This document shows positions 12,473 through 25,530 of a DNA stretch of 64,000 nucleotides, one piece after another. A program made the translations under genes and the position numbers. Origin of the DNA: Octopus sinensis (Eukaryota). Location: assembly GCF_006345805.1 (NCBI RefSeq), contig NC_043003.1, positions 95,976,001 to 96,040,000 of the forward strand, read 5' to 3'. The notes beneath the pieces were generated by a model that was not told the DNA's origin, searched no databases, and saw nothing but the letters and a program-made list of their open reading frames with translations. Every line of letters starts with the position of its first letter. The first letter of the stretch is position 1.

Positions 12473-12660
12473 AATTTTTGCTCAAGGTCAACTGTTATAG
12501 AGAGGGGGTGATTGTTGATTACTTTGACATCAGTTCCTGAGTGGTTCTTTATTTCATTGACACTAAATGGATGAAAGATAAAGCTACCCTTAATGAAACT
12601 GAAACTCAGAATGTAAAAGCCAGAAAAATGGTGCTAAGCATTTTGTCTGATGTTCCAAAG
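10905..12660 (-). repeat. Cluster of five co-oriented degenerate family-A SINE copies separated by (AAC/AAT)n
   Basis: Units at about 10905, 11740, 11990, 12230 and 12480, each with an AAAAGATGAAAGGCAAAGT..GAATTTGAACTCAGAA-like core. Confidence 0.75.
11135..11733. mobile_element. Non-autonomous Helentron-like (HINE-type) element
   Basis: Terminal 12-bp hairpin TACCTCTGCCTT-CGCC-AAGGCAGAGGTA (11706-11733), related ACCTCCACCATGGC near the other end, and a (AAAC)n tract. A partial reverse copy lies at 32770-32975. Confidence 0.55.
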
Positions 12661-13254
12661 ATTCTACCAGATTTCATAGAAACAGCTATTATCAGAAGTT
12701 TCACAAACATTACTCAATGTAATAAATTTGGCATGGGAGCTGAAACATATTTTGAAGTTTCATGTTATGCTTGTATCAAGACATTCTAAAGATATCCATG
12801 CCTCTCTAGAATTACACTATTTTCTTTCACTAGTTTTTGTAATTTTTATGTTAAACACTTTGGTCAATAATGCCCCTCCCAAGGTTCAACAGTATTTCTT
12901 TTAACATAATTTCACATCAAGAATCTTGCAAACCAAATACAATTACAAACTATACACTCACACACACAGACACACACACACACTCACACACACACACACT
13001 CACACACATACACTCACATATACATGTATATATATATATGTATGTGTGTATATATATATGTATATGTGTATATATGTGTGTGTGTGCATATATGTGTGTG
13101 TGTGTGTGTATGTATATATATATATATATATATATGTATATAAAATACAGTGTACATATAAATGTACATTGTATTTTATATGAATAATATATAATCTATT
13201 GACTAATTTTTCTATACGCTTTTCTAAATCGAAATCGATCAACATCAATGGAAA

Positions 13255-13690
13255 TTGCAGCTGTGATACCAGTGCCGGTGGTACGTAAGAGAACCATCTG
13301 AACGTGGCTGTTGCCAGCACTGCCCCGACTGGCCTTGTGCCAGTGGCACATAAAAAGCACCATCCGATCATGGCCGTGGCCAGCCTCGCCTGGCCCACGT
13401 GATGGTGGCATGTAAAAAGCACCATCCGATCGTGGCCGTTGCTAGCCTCGCCTGACCCCCGTGCTGGTGGCACGTAAAAAGCACCATCCGATCGTAGTCG
13501 CTTGCCAGCCTCGTCTGGCACCTGCGCCGGTGGCACGTAAAAAGCCCCTACTACACTCACGGAGTGGTTGGCGTTAGGAAGGGCATCCAGCCGTAGAAAC
13601 ATTGCCAGATCAGACTGGGTCTGGTGCAGCCTTCTGGCTTCCCAGACCCCAGTAGCATGGAAAGCGGATGCTAAGCGATGATGATGATGC
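13255..13690 (+). mobile_element. RTE 3'-UTR fragment with ~52-bp internal repeats and (GAT)n tail
   Basis: Four to five AAAAAGCACCATCCGATC..GCCAGCCTCGCCTG units, then GGTTGGCGTTAGGAAGGGCATCCAG and the tail. Confidence 0.8.
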
Positions 13691-13940
13691 TAGGCCACTG
13701 GTAATAAAAATTTCTAAAATCTTTATTACCCTGATATTATTAATTATATATATATGTATATGTATATGTATATACATCCTCGCCTTACCTCACAGAGTGA
13801 AGCTGCAAAGACATGTTCAGATATGCGATCTCGTGTTTCAACTTAGCAAAAACCTAATCCCCATTTCACATTGCACTTGTTTCACACCTATAGTATTTCA
13901 TCATTTATTATAATTATCATTAATCTATGCACTTATTATC

Positions 13941-14320
13941 TGTGGTAAGAAGCTTGCTTCCCAATCACATGGTTCCGGGTTCAGTCCCACTGCATGGCAC
14001 CTTGGGCAAGTGTTTTCTATTATAGTCTTGAGCTGATCAAAGCCATGTGAGTGGATTTGGTAGATGAAACTGAAAGAAGACTGGTTGTGTGTGTGTGTGT
14101 GTGTTTGAGTTTGCAAGTTTGTGTTTGTCCCTCCCTCATCACTTGACAACCAATGTTGGTGTGTCTATATCTCCATAACCTAGTGGTGTAGCAAAAGAGA
14201 CCAATAGAATAAGTACTAGGCTTACAAAGAATAATTCCTGGAGTCGATTTGTTCGACTAAAGGCCGTACTCCAGCATGGCTGCAGTCAAATTACAGAACC
14301 AAGTAAAAGAATAAAAGAAT
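13941..14320 (+). mobile_element. tRNA-derived CORE-like SINE, family B
   Basis: GGTTCAGTCCC B-box, GGCACCTTGGGCAAGTG core, internal (TG)n, AAAAGA(G/A)T tail. Confidence 0.8.
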
Positions 14321-14487
14321 ATATATATGTATGTATGTGTGTATTTATTTGTGTGTATATAAGGATGTACGTATTTATGTATATACTTATGTATGTATTT
14401 ATGTATATACATAAGTAGGTATGTATGCATGTATTTATGTATGTGTGTATTTGTATGTATGTACATGTGTATTTATATGTGTATGTA

Positions 14488-14530
14488 CAGTAAATATCGG
14501 TACCTCATTGTACCATTTATTTACTTTTAT
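14488..14530 (+). repeat. Terminal remnant of the 1448-2280 hammerhead family
   Basis: CAGTAAATATCGGTACCTCATTGTACCATTTATTTACTTTTAT matches 2233-2275, and lies inside a TA/TG microsatellite. Confidence 0.7.
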
Positions 14531-14533
14531 ATG

Positions 14534-14584
<51 letters not shown>

Positions 14585-14599
14585 TATATATATATATAT

Positions 14600-17280
14600 A
14601 TTTTTTTTTTCCCGGACACACCACCCACACACACCCACCCACCTACCTCCCACACGCCTGTTCACACACACACATACGTAGACCCATCTACGTACATACA
14701 TTCACACATTTAATCACACACACTTACAGACATCCTTGCACACACTAACATACAAACCAACATGCACATACACACACACATACATACATACACACACACA
14801 TACATACCTACACACACACACACACAGACATACATACACACATACACACACACATACATACGCACATACATACACACACACTCACACACACACACCGCAC
14901 GTACATACTTCACCAACACACATGTACACATACATGTAGGCACATACATACATATCCACACATGCACACCCTTACACTGAATGCACACACACATACACCT
15001 TTTTGCATCCAGGCAGCCCCCCCTCTTTTCTGCTTTCCGGTTTTGGCTGATGGATCCTCGGTTCCCGCGTAGCGGGGCGTTCGAGGGCCTTTGGCGCTCG
15101 CGCGCCTTGGCGCGCTGGGGGCTTGGTCGGCCCCTTGGGCTTGCGTTGTACTGCTTGTGCGTGTGTGCGTGAGCGCGCTTCGTGTGTGTGGGCTTGCTTC
15201 GGATGTGCGCATGCGTATGTATGCATACCTACCCACACACTCGCATGCATCCCTACCCACATACATACACGCACACCTACTCACACACACACACATACAC
15301 ACCACACACATACCTGCACACACACACACATACATACACACACCTTACCTACTTCAGACATACACACACACAGACATACACCCATACACTCACACTCACA
15401 CGCATACACACACACAATACACACGCACACGTACACATACACACACACACACACCTACATACATACATTACACTTGTATACACCACACTTACATTCATAC
15501 ACACACACACCTACACAGCCATACCCTCACTCAGACACACACATCTACCTACACACACACACAAACACACACCCATACATACATACATCTACACACACAC
15601 GCCTACACACATACATACACACATACATAAACACACACACATACACATACACACACATACGCACACACATATATACTTATACACATGCACACACACACAC
15701 ATACATACATACACCCATATACATACACACACACATACCTACATACTCCTATACGCACATACATACACACAGACATACACACATACACACTCACACAAAC
15801 ATACACACACACATACTTACACACACACTCACCTGCACGCGCACACACATGCATGACAAACACCCATACACTCACACTCACATACGCACACACCAACATA
15901 AACACGCACACGCACACACACACCTACACTCCCACACACATACACATGCACCTACATACACACACGCACACTTACACACGCATACACATATACATTACAC
16001 ACGTACACACACACCTACATACACATGCATACACACACACACACACAAACATGCACGACACACACCCAGACATACATACACATACACTATATACACACGC
16101 CCACACACCTACATACACACACATATACACACGCCCACACACCTACATACACACACATACATACACACACATACACGGACACACCCATACATACTTACAT
16201 ACATACACCTATACACACACGCCTACACACCTACATACACACACATGCATACACCACACACATGTACGCACATACACACAACATATACGCACATACATAT
16301 ATACCCACACACATGCACACACACACACATACGCACATGCATGCATGCATGCACACGCGCACACCTACACGCATACACACACACACACACACGCACGTAC
16401 ACATACATACATACACACACACGCATACATACACCCATACACATACATACACACTCACACATACATACACACACAACACACTCACTCACACACCTGTATG
16501 TACGCGCACACACATGCACATACACACACTTCCCCACACCACACGTACATACATACACACTCATACACATACACACACACACACACACACGGACATACAT
16601 CTATGCACCACATATATACACACATACTCACATACATTCATCGGACACACTGCCACCCAGACATACACACAGACACACTCACACATCCACACACATACAT
16701 ACTTACGCGCATACTCGCAGGCGCGCGCACACACGCGCTTGTGCCGGTTCGCGCACGCATACGCGCCGCATGCACCTCGCTCTTGGACCCGACGAGACCT
16801 CCCGCCCGTTCCTGGGACCGTCGCTTGTCGTTGGGTTTTCCCACGCCCTGTCTCCGCGGGACCACTCTTCCATCTTCCCCTCAGCTGGAGTCCTTTTTCC
16901 TTAACCCCCCCCCTTTTTCGTTACACACACCGCGCACACATATACACACATTGCTCAAATATATACATTACTCTTACACACATTCAATCTACTCGCCATT
17001 AATACTACCACGACACTGGACACACCACACACTACTACTACTCAACACACGCTGGCACGCTACATACGCCCCCACCCCTTCCCCTCCCTCCCTTCCTCCT
17101 TCCTTCTTTTTCTTACTACTGACCTTTGTCTGCTAAGCTGACCACTGTCTCGCCCTAACTCACACGCTACACACGACGCACACACTAACACATCATATAT
17201 TTTTTGTTTTTTCATCTCGCCCCACACACACACATACACATACGCACAACGCACACACTCACACATACACACACATCTGT
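14600..17280. repeat. ~2.7-kb degenerate (CA)n/(TACA)n tract, probably low-accuracy sequence
   Basis: Direct reading. It is the source of the 593-, 483- and 325-aa His/Thr ORFs. Confidence 0.85.
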
Positions 17281-17379
17281 TGGGTTACCAACCTTGTCTC
17301 CACTCTTTTGCCTTTAAAAACCCACTTTGCTCTTGTTATCGTAAACATCCGCCTTTCACCATGTGCAAACTCGTAAACA

Positions 17380-17590
17380 CCAGTCGTTTTTTTTTTTCGC
17401 TATCCCTGTTGCCCGCTCTGGGATCTTTCTGTTTCTTCTCTCGTCTTCCTCTTCTTTATTGTTTCCGACGAAGAGCTCTGCTCGAAACGTCATACCTCCT
17501 GCTTCCATTTCCTGAGCGCCTATTAACAATAATACTGTAATTGTTCCATTGTTGTTGTTTTTTTTGTTTCCCGTTTGGGATTAAATTATA
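17380..17590 (+). mobile_element. Degenerate copy of the ~210-nt minimal-hammerhead element
   Basis: GTTT-CCGACGA-AGAGCTCTGCTC-GAAACGTC-ATAC at 17461-17495 (core reads CCGA, not CTGA). Downstream sequence matches 58175-58265. Confidence 0.7.
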
Positions 17591-17649
17591 TATATATATT
17601 ATATATATATCTACTGTCCCTAATTCCTGAAAATTTATATATTACCAAT

Positions 17650-17870
17650 TGATCATGACCGTTGCCAGCCTCTTCTGGCCCCTGTGACCGAAAAAAGCAC
17701 CCAGCAAACTCACGGAGTGGTTGGCATTAGGAAAGGCATCCAGCTGTAGAAACACTGCTAGATCAGGCTGGAGCCTGGTGCAGCCTCCTGGCTTCCCAAA
17801 CCCCGGTCAACCATCCAACCCATCCTAGCATGGAAAATGGACGTTAAACGATGATGATTATGATGATGAT
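17650..17870 (+). mobile_element. RTE 3'-end fragment
   Basis: GAGTGGTTGGCATTAGGAAAGGCATCCAGCTGTAGAAAC...GGACGTTAAACGATGATGAT. Confidence 0.85.
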
Positions 17871-17984
17871 GTATTTGTAAGTATATATGTATGTATGTAT
17901 TTATGTATATAAAATTTAGTATATATATATATATATATATATATTGTCTATAATTTTCAAAAATTCATGACTATGTTATTTCAC

Positions 17985-19513
17985 CCTTAGCTTTTAGCTG
18001 GACAAGAGCTGCCCTTAGCCTTTAGCTGGACAAAATCTAACCTTAACCTTTAGCTGGACAAGAGCAAACACAATGCTTCATTGCCCTCTTAGCCCTGTCC
18101 TCTACCAGAAGCTTTTTCTCCTACCACTCCTAATGGTTACCTGTATGACAAGCTGCTCCCACCCCCAGAAGTCTTTCTTTTCTAACCACTACTGAAAGCC
18201 TTTCTTCTAACACCTCTAATGGTTACCTGTATGGCAAGCTGTCACCCTGGAAATACTACTTTCTAACCTCTAACGGAAGCCTTTCCCCTAGTACCTCTAA
18301 TGGTCACTTATACAGAATGCTGTCCCCTCCCCTTTCCTTTTTCCTCCATCCCTATCTAGTGTTTTTTTCTCCTGGTACATGTAGTGAATGTGAAGTGAAT
18401 AAAATGATAGTGAAATGTATGTAGGTTCAAAGCATATGTACGCTTACGATGTCTACCAAATGCACATGCAAGCTTTCTTTTCAGATGCAAAATGCTGTAC
18501 CCCATCTCCATCCCTGGGTCTCGCCAGCCCACACCCTCAGAGTTGGCACACTTAATGCTGGCACATTGAAAGGTAGGTCTGGTGAGACTGTTGGGATGCT
18601 TGAATGGGGACGTGTAGATTTGTGTTGCATCCAAGAAGTAAGGTGGAGAGGGGTTTCCTCTAGATTCCACACAGGCAAAGAACATAGGTATAAGATCTTC
18701 GGGTAGGGAGCAGTGATGGGGTTGAGGACGTGGGTATACTCCTTGCTGAGAAATGGGTTAAGGTAATCGAGGTAGTCAGAATCTGTGACAGAATACTTAA
18801 GCTTAGACTAGTGTTGTAACATGGAATAGCAATCTCAGCCAGGCCTACCTAATGAACAGAAAGACTGATTTTATGGCACCTTCTTGCAGACTACCTTGTC
18901 AACAAATGACAGGGACCTTCTCTTTGCGGCTAGCAACTTCAATGGGCAAGTTAAACAACATCCATCGTATGAGTGAAGACAGCTGTATACAGAAGTGCCT
19001 GGTGCCGAAAACGGATGGAACTGTGGAAGAGGGAGACCCAGAAAGACATGTTATGAAGTGGTGAAGACTGACCTTAGGATGTTGGGGCTCACTGAGGAAA
19101 TGACAGTAGACCAAGATGTTTGGCAATATGAGATCTTTGGGAAGATTCATCAATGAAACTGAGTGCTAGAAGTGTTGTGTCCCACCCACATGTAACAATA
19201 CACTTTGCACCCACTCTACCCTGAGAAATCAAACTACGACTCCTCTTCTAATTCCATCTTTCTCTTTTTCACATTTCCTCCTCATACATTATGATTGTTT
19301 TCCAATCTCCTTTCCTGCCCTCACAGCCATGCTCACTGTATCACTGCTCCCCACATCTACCATCACCACCACCACCACCACCCACACCCACAGCCACTCC
19401 CTATTTTTCTAATCAGGTTCCACACACATATTCTTGTTACCCTAGCACTACACCATCTCTTTTCTGTTCTCTTTTACACTTTTACTGTTTCCTATTCTCT
19501 CTCTCTTTTCCTT

Positions 19514-19546
<33 letters not shown>

Positions 19547-20190
19547 TCTCTTGTTTTTCCTCTGATTAAGTAACCAAGTATCACATTTACATCAGCACCC
19601 TTTCTGGCCTCTTTCTGTACTTCTCTCTCACTCTCTATCTCCTCTGTCTCTATCTCCCCCTCTCTCTCTCTCACTGGGTAACCATGTACCTCCTCTATAG
19701 CAAGACACCTATTTCTGTTTCCCTATTTCTCTGTTACACTCTAACCTTTCAGCATTTGATACGAGACCTCCTCCTTTAATGCTCCCTCTGTTGTGGTAAG
19801 ACACCTGCTTCTGTCTCTTTCTCACATTCTAACTTTCATCCTCTCATACAAATGCCCTACCCTTTTCATATTTTCTTGTCATGTGAGTTACTTGGTTCCC
19901 TGCTAGTGCTGGTGCTACATTAAAAGCATCCAATCTACACTGGCATCTGGAAAGGCATCCAGCTGTAAAAATATTGCCAAAACTAACTTCGCCTGTGCTA
20001 GTGCTATGTAAAAAGCACTGAGTCCACTCTGTGGAGTGGTTGGTGTTAGGAAGAGCATCCAGCCGTAAAATCCCTGCCAAGATAGACACAGAACCCTTGG
20101 GTAGATTTTTTACCTGGCAAGCTCCTCTCAACCATCCTACCCATGCATGCATGGAAGATGGACATTAAATGATAGTGATGAAGATGGTGA
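17985..20190 (+). mobile_element. Internally deleted RTE LINE (5' repeats, APE, ORF C-terminus, long 3' UTR, (GAT)n tail)
   Basis: APE motifs TLRVGTLNAGTLKGR, DLCCIQEVRW and ASNFNGQV (18525-18960) join at ~18964 to RMSEDSCIQKC..GRPRKT..VVKTDLRMLGL. No RT domain lies between them. Confidence 0.8.
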
Positions 20191-20225
20191 TGATACATAT
20201 ATATATAAATATATATATATATATG

Positions 20226-20435
20226 AAGTTAATCCAAACATGAAAACACAAAGAGAAAACACAACAACGCGAGGACGTGGAACAAATATAGTATTATTGG
20301 ATGTTCAGGAAGGAAGGGAAGAAGGAGGGTTTAACGTTTCGAGCAGAGCTCTTCGTCAGAAACATAGGAAAAGGAAAGATCCAAAGAATGGAAGACGGAG
20401 GAAAAAAATCACCAATGGTGCACACGCGGTCACAT
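20226..20435 (-). mobile_element. ~210-nt non-coding element with a minimal hammerhead
   Basis: Inside (TA)n, and homologous to 58052-58265. Confidence 0.8.
20329..20363 (-). ncRNA. Minimal (dimer-type) type I hammerhead
   Basis: GTTT-CTGACGA-A-GAGC(TCT)GCTC-GAAACGTT-AAAC on the minus strand. Helix III is the palindrome ACGT. Confidence 0.65.
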
Positions 20436-20857
20436 ATATATTATATATATATATATAATATATATATATATATATTATATATATATATATGTGAGTGGAT
20501 AAAATGAAAGAAAAGGGCACTCAATACATTTAGTAGGAATTATATGTATTATTTAAAATAGTTTGATTTGGTTAAAGTAGCACATAAACCATATGAAACA
20601 GTTTTAAATAATGTGTGTGTGTGTCTGCACCTATTCTCAATGTTATATTAACTGTTGAATACAAGCATACTCGGTGCCTTGGTAGAGATTAATGATGTTT
20701 TATTTGTTGAGTCAGTCTCATGCTTTTTTGAGTTTCATCTGCAGGCATGCAAATTCTTCAGGCAAGTAGTGACAAGTTGAGTCACAACTTGCCTGAACAT
20801 TTCATGTGCTTATAGCTGAAGCTCATTGAAGCAAGATAATTGATATATATAAAATAA

Positions 20858-22047
20858 TTGATAGATATAAACACTGAAAATGTGCAGGAAACAGCTTCCA
20901 TCTCATGCCAGAGGGAAAAACTAGAAGTAGTTGATAGCTTCCATTACCTAGGTGACCAAGTCAGTAGTGGGGGTGGATGCACTGAGAGTGTAGCTGCTAG
21001 AATAAGAATAGTCCTGGGTAAAGTTCAGAGAGCTCCTACCTCTATTGGTGACAAAGGGCTTCTCGCTCAGAATGAAAGGTAGACTGTATGATGCATGTGT
21101 GTGAACAGTCATACTATATGGCAGTGAAACATGGGCTGTGACTACTGAGGACATGTGTGAGCTTGTAAGAAACGAAGCTAGTAAGTTCTGCTGGATGTGT
21201 AATGTCAGTGTGCATACATCACAGAGTTTAAGTATCCTGAGAGAAAAGTTGGACATAAGAAGTATCAGATGTAGTGTGCAAGAGAGATGACTGCACTGGT
21301 ATAGTCGTGTGTTGTGTATGGAAGAGGACAGTTGTGCGAAAAGGTGTCACACCCTAACAGTAGAGGGAACCAGTAGAAGAGGTAGACCCAGGAAGACCTA
21401 GGATGAGGTGATGAAGCATGATCTTTGAATGTTAGGCCTAATGGAGGTGATCACAAGTGATTGAGACCTTTGGAGATATGTTGTGCTTGAGGAGATCCAG
21501 CAAGCCAAGTGGGACCATAACTGTCAGTGCCACTGAGTGGCTCCTGTGCCAGTGGAACGTAAAAAGCACCATTTAAGTGTTGTCGTTGCTAGTACCGCCT
21601 AAGTGGCTCCCATGCCAGTGGCATGTAAAAAGCACCATTTGAGCGTGGTCGTTGCCAGTGCTGCCTGACTGGCTCCTGTGCTAGTGCACATAAAAAGCCC
21701 CATTCAAGTGTTGTCGTTGCTAGTACCGCCTAAGTGGCTCCCATGCCAGTGGCATGTAAAAAGCACCATTCGAGCATGGTCGTTGCTAGTGCTGCCTGAC
21801 TGGCTCCTGTGCTAGTGGCACGTAAAAAGCCCCATTCAAGCATAGTGATTGATGCCAGTACTGCCTGACTGGCCCTCATGCCGGTGACATGTAAAAAGCA
21901 CCCACTACACTCTTAGAGTGGTTGGCAGTAGAAGTGGCATCAAGCTGTAGAAACCTTACCAAATCAGATTGGAACCTGGTACAGCCTTCTGCTTTGCCAG
22001 TCCTCAGTCAAACCATCATCCAACCCAAGTCAGCATGGAAAGCAGGC

Positions 22048-22100
<53 letters not shown>
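20858..22100 (+). mobile_element. 5'-truncated RTE LINE (RT end, C-terminus, 3'-UTR VNTR, (GAT)n tail)
   Basis: EKLEVVDSFHYLGDQVSSGGGC, ILYGSETWAV, RLHWYSRV, RRGRPRKT with stops and frameshifts, contiguous with the repeat-rich 3' UTR. Confidence 0.9.
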
Positions 22101-22101
<1 letters not shown>

Positions 22102-22304
22102 ATATGTTGAACGATACAATCACTGAGTCTCATATGCAGGACTTCAAGTTTCTGTGTCAATGATCACATCACTTCTTCATCTGTTGCAAGTTACCATTGA
22201 TTACAAACATCCATCATTGTATGGTTGACATGGAGACTTGACATCCTGTATGTGAGTGTCCATCACTGCATCATTCAATAAATATACCCCTCTATTTGCA
22301 ATGA

Positions 22305-22551
22305 TACATACATACATACATACATACATACATAAATACTTACATACTTACATACATACATACATACATACATAAATACTTACATACATATATACATACA
22401 TACATACAAACATACATACATACATACATACATACATACATACATTCATACATCCATACATACATACATACATACATACATACATACATACATACATACA
22501 TACATACATTCATACATTCATACATACATACATACTACATACATACATACA

Positions 22552-22583
<32 letters not shown>
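22305..22583. repeat. (TACA)n microsatellite
   Basis: Direct reading. Confidence 0.95.
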
Positions 22584-23340
22584 CAGGGTGGGTGGAAAGT
22601 GACTAGGCATTAGAAATTGCTTATAGAACTTTTAGTATCACTGAAGTCATGATGGAAACATTTTTCAAACAGACAACACTAATGGGAATTTTTTATTTTC
22701 TTATTGTCTTATTTTCCAGATGGCCAGTCACTTGACCACAGAATGAAACATGGAGAATTAATGCTAGGCTGGTATGAAGATTGACCTGAATTGTTTGAAA
22801 ACATCCTCTGGAGTGACGAGGCTGTATTCTATGTTGGGGGTTTCATCAATTTTCACAACTGCTATTATTGGGCGTTGCATGATTAAGGATACAAACATGA
22901 TGGTTGAGAGGATATGGGATCGACCAAAAGTGACCGTGTAGTGCAGAATGCCAGCAACAAGAGTCCTTGGCCTATATCTTCTGTGTGACACATGAATACA
23001 GACTGCTATCTTCAAATGCTTGAAAATTACATGTGACTCATGGTGTCTGGCTGTGATAACATTGATGACCTGATATTCATGCAGGATGGTACATCATCCC
23101 ATTTTGCTCTTACTGTGTGTGTGTGGTTAGATCAACATTTTCCAGGAAGTTGGATGGGACAATGCAGACTTCATGAATTGCCACCAAGAAGCTCAGATTT
23201 CATTTCCATGTGATTTTTACCCGTGGGGTTACACAAAAGAGGTGTACAAAACAAAACCTCACACACTGGAAGACTTAGAGTCATGGATTCAGGAGGTTCT
23301 CAATGATATCCCAGATGACATCCTTCAGAAAGCTGTCCAT
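22584..23340 (+). mobile_element. Tc1/mariner-superfamily DD41D (rosa/visitor-type) remnant
   Basis: TA-CAGGGTG end; ILWSDEAVF, FMQDGTSSHF, and PPRSSD(F)xPCDFYPWG with 41 residues between the 2nd and 3rd D after correcting one frameshift. Confidence 0.75.
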
Positions 23341-24124
23341 TTACCATATAATTTTTTTCCCCAGTATGCACGCTACTCGAAAAAAGGCCGACAGAAATCT
23401 CTAAAAAATTCCATTATTACCATATCGGACCGATTTCAGGGTTAGTTAAAAAAGAACCCTTCCTTCCCTTTCCCTCTAGGTAAAAAAATTATATATCATA
23501 ATAATAATATTAGGGATTAAATCCAAACTTACAGGGAAAAATTAGATTTAAGATTAAATCAAATTTCACAGTATAAATATAAATTAAATTAGAGATAAAA
23601 CCACTATTAGGCAAATCAGACAGTGAAAAACATAAACCAAAACATAAAAATAAATATAATTAATATAATATACAAAAAATATAAAATTTAAAATTTGAAT
23701 TATTAAATTTCAAATTCTTTATATTTATAAATTTTTATAAATTTTAATAATTTAATTTAATTTTAAAAATCATACACACATTCACACTCATATGCACACA
23801 CACACACAACACACACGAACACACACACACACACACACACACACGAACACACACACATACACACATATGCACAACCACACACATATGCCCAAACACGCAT
23901 GCACACACAAACACACACACACACACACAACACGAGTTTTCTTCAGGTTCAATCAACATAATGCGCTCACAAGGTTTTGTGTATGTATATATATATAGGG
24001 AGAATTCACAAAAAACAAAAGATGAAAACAGGTGGTGTAGTCAACAAACGGATGTATTAGTATAACGCTTGGGAAGTGAAAAAGTCTTTAACGTTTTGAG
24101 CCTATGCTCTTATATAAATCTCTC

Positions 24125-24204
<80 letters not shown>

Positions 24205-24207
<3 letters not shown>

Positions 24208-24823
24208 TCATTGTCATTTAACGTCCCTCTTCCATGCATGCATGGGAAGGACAGTTCACAGGAGCTGGCCAGGTAGAAAAACTACCTGTTGCTATTCTGT
24301 CTGTTTTGGCAAGGTTTTTACAGCTGGATGCCCTTCCTAACACCAACCACTCTGTAGAGTGGACTCAGTGCTGTTTGCATGGCACTAGTCACAGGCGAGG
24401 TTAGTTTTGGCATGAATTTAAAGCTGGATGTCCTTCCAAATGCCAACTATTTTACAGTGTAGACTGGATACTTTTTACATAGCACAAGCACTGGCAGGGT
24501 CACCAAGTAACTCACAAGACAAGGAATTATGAGAGGGGCAGGGGTATTTGAGGAGGGCAACTCGTGCCAGAGGATAAAGGGTTAGAGGGTGACAAAAGGT
24601 AGAAACTGGTGCTATAAAGGAGGGGGCACTGGTGGAGGTGATCCAGTATTAGATGACAAAAGTTAGAGTGTGACTGAGAAATAGGGAGGCAGAAATAGGT
24701 CTCTTGCTATGGAGGGGGTACATGGTTACACAGTGAAAGGGAGACCAAGAACGAGGGCAGAAATAGGTGTACTGCTGTGGAGGTATATACGTGGCTACCC
24801 AACCAAAAGGAAGAGGGAGGGAA

Positions 24824-24862
<39 letters not shown>

Positions 24863-25225
24863 AAACAGTGAAAGTGTAAGAGAGAGCAGGAGAGAGATGG
24901 TAAAGTCAAGGGTATACTCAAAAGTAACAAGAATCAGAGCATAATGTGATGGTAGAGTAAAGAAAAGAGAGGTATGAAGGTCATAAAATATGAGGTCAGG
25001 TGTTGCCAAGACGGCACAGGTAAGGAATGGGGATTGCTGTGACTGGCATAAACCTGGGTAGAGGGCAGTGAGGGCAGGAAAGGGTTTTATAAGACAATCA
25101 CAGTTTATGAAAAGGAAATGTGAGGAAGAGAAAGATGCTGTTTAGAAGAGGAAATGTAGTTCGGTTTCTTGCCATAGGCTGTCCAAAAAATGTGTTGTTA
25201 CATGTGGGTGGGGCACAACTCTTCT
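24205..25225 (-). mobile_element. Long RTE 3'-UTR copy
   Basis: Reverse-complement homolog of 19160-20190 with a (CAT)n tail at ~24205. Confidence 0.75.
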
Positions 25226-25399
25226 AGAATATATATAAAAATAGTAATAACAAGGATAATTCTTGGATGGAATCTATAAATACTGTAATGCATCACTACA
25301 TGCATTTCCACAAATTACATGTATTTTTAAGATCACAGTCGATATTCCTGGGATGATTACGGTGCATATATATTTATGAATGTAGTATGTATATATATA

Positions 25400-25439
<40 letters not shown>

Positions 25440-25492
<53 letters not shown>

Positions 25493-25530
25493 TATAGATA
25501 GATAGATAGATAGATAGATATAGATATAGA
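25440..25530. repeat. (GATA)n microsatellite
   Basis: Direct reading. Confidence 0.95.

Noticed and set aside
15123-17136. 593-, 483- and 325-aa His/Thr-rich ORFs
   Set aside because: They are translations of (CA)/(TACA) microsatellite, which lacks stops in several frames, and the region is probably low quality.
24060-24110. Hammerhead-like GAGC-ATAG-GCTC-AAAACGTT (and CTGTTGA variant at ~55895)
   Set aside because: The CUGANGA part is missing or non-canonical and GAAA is mutated or displaced, so it is too decayed to call.
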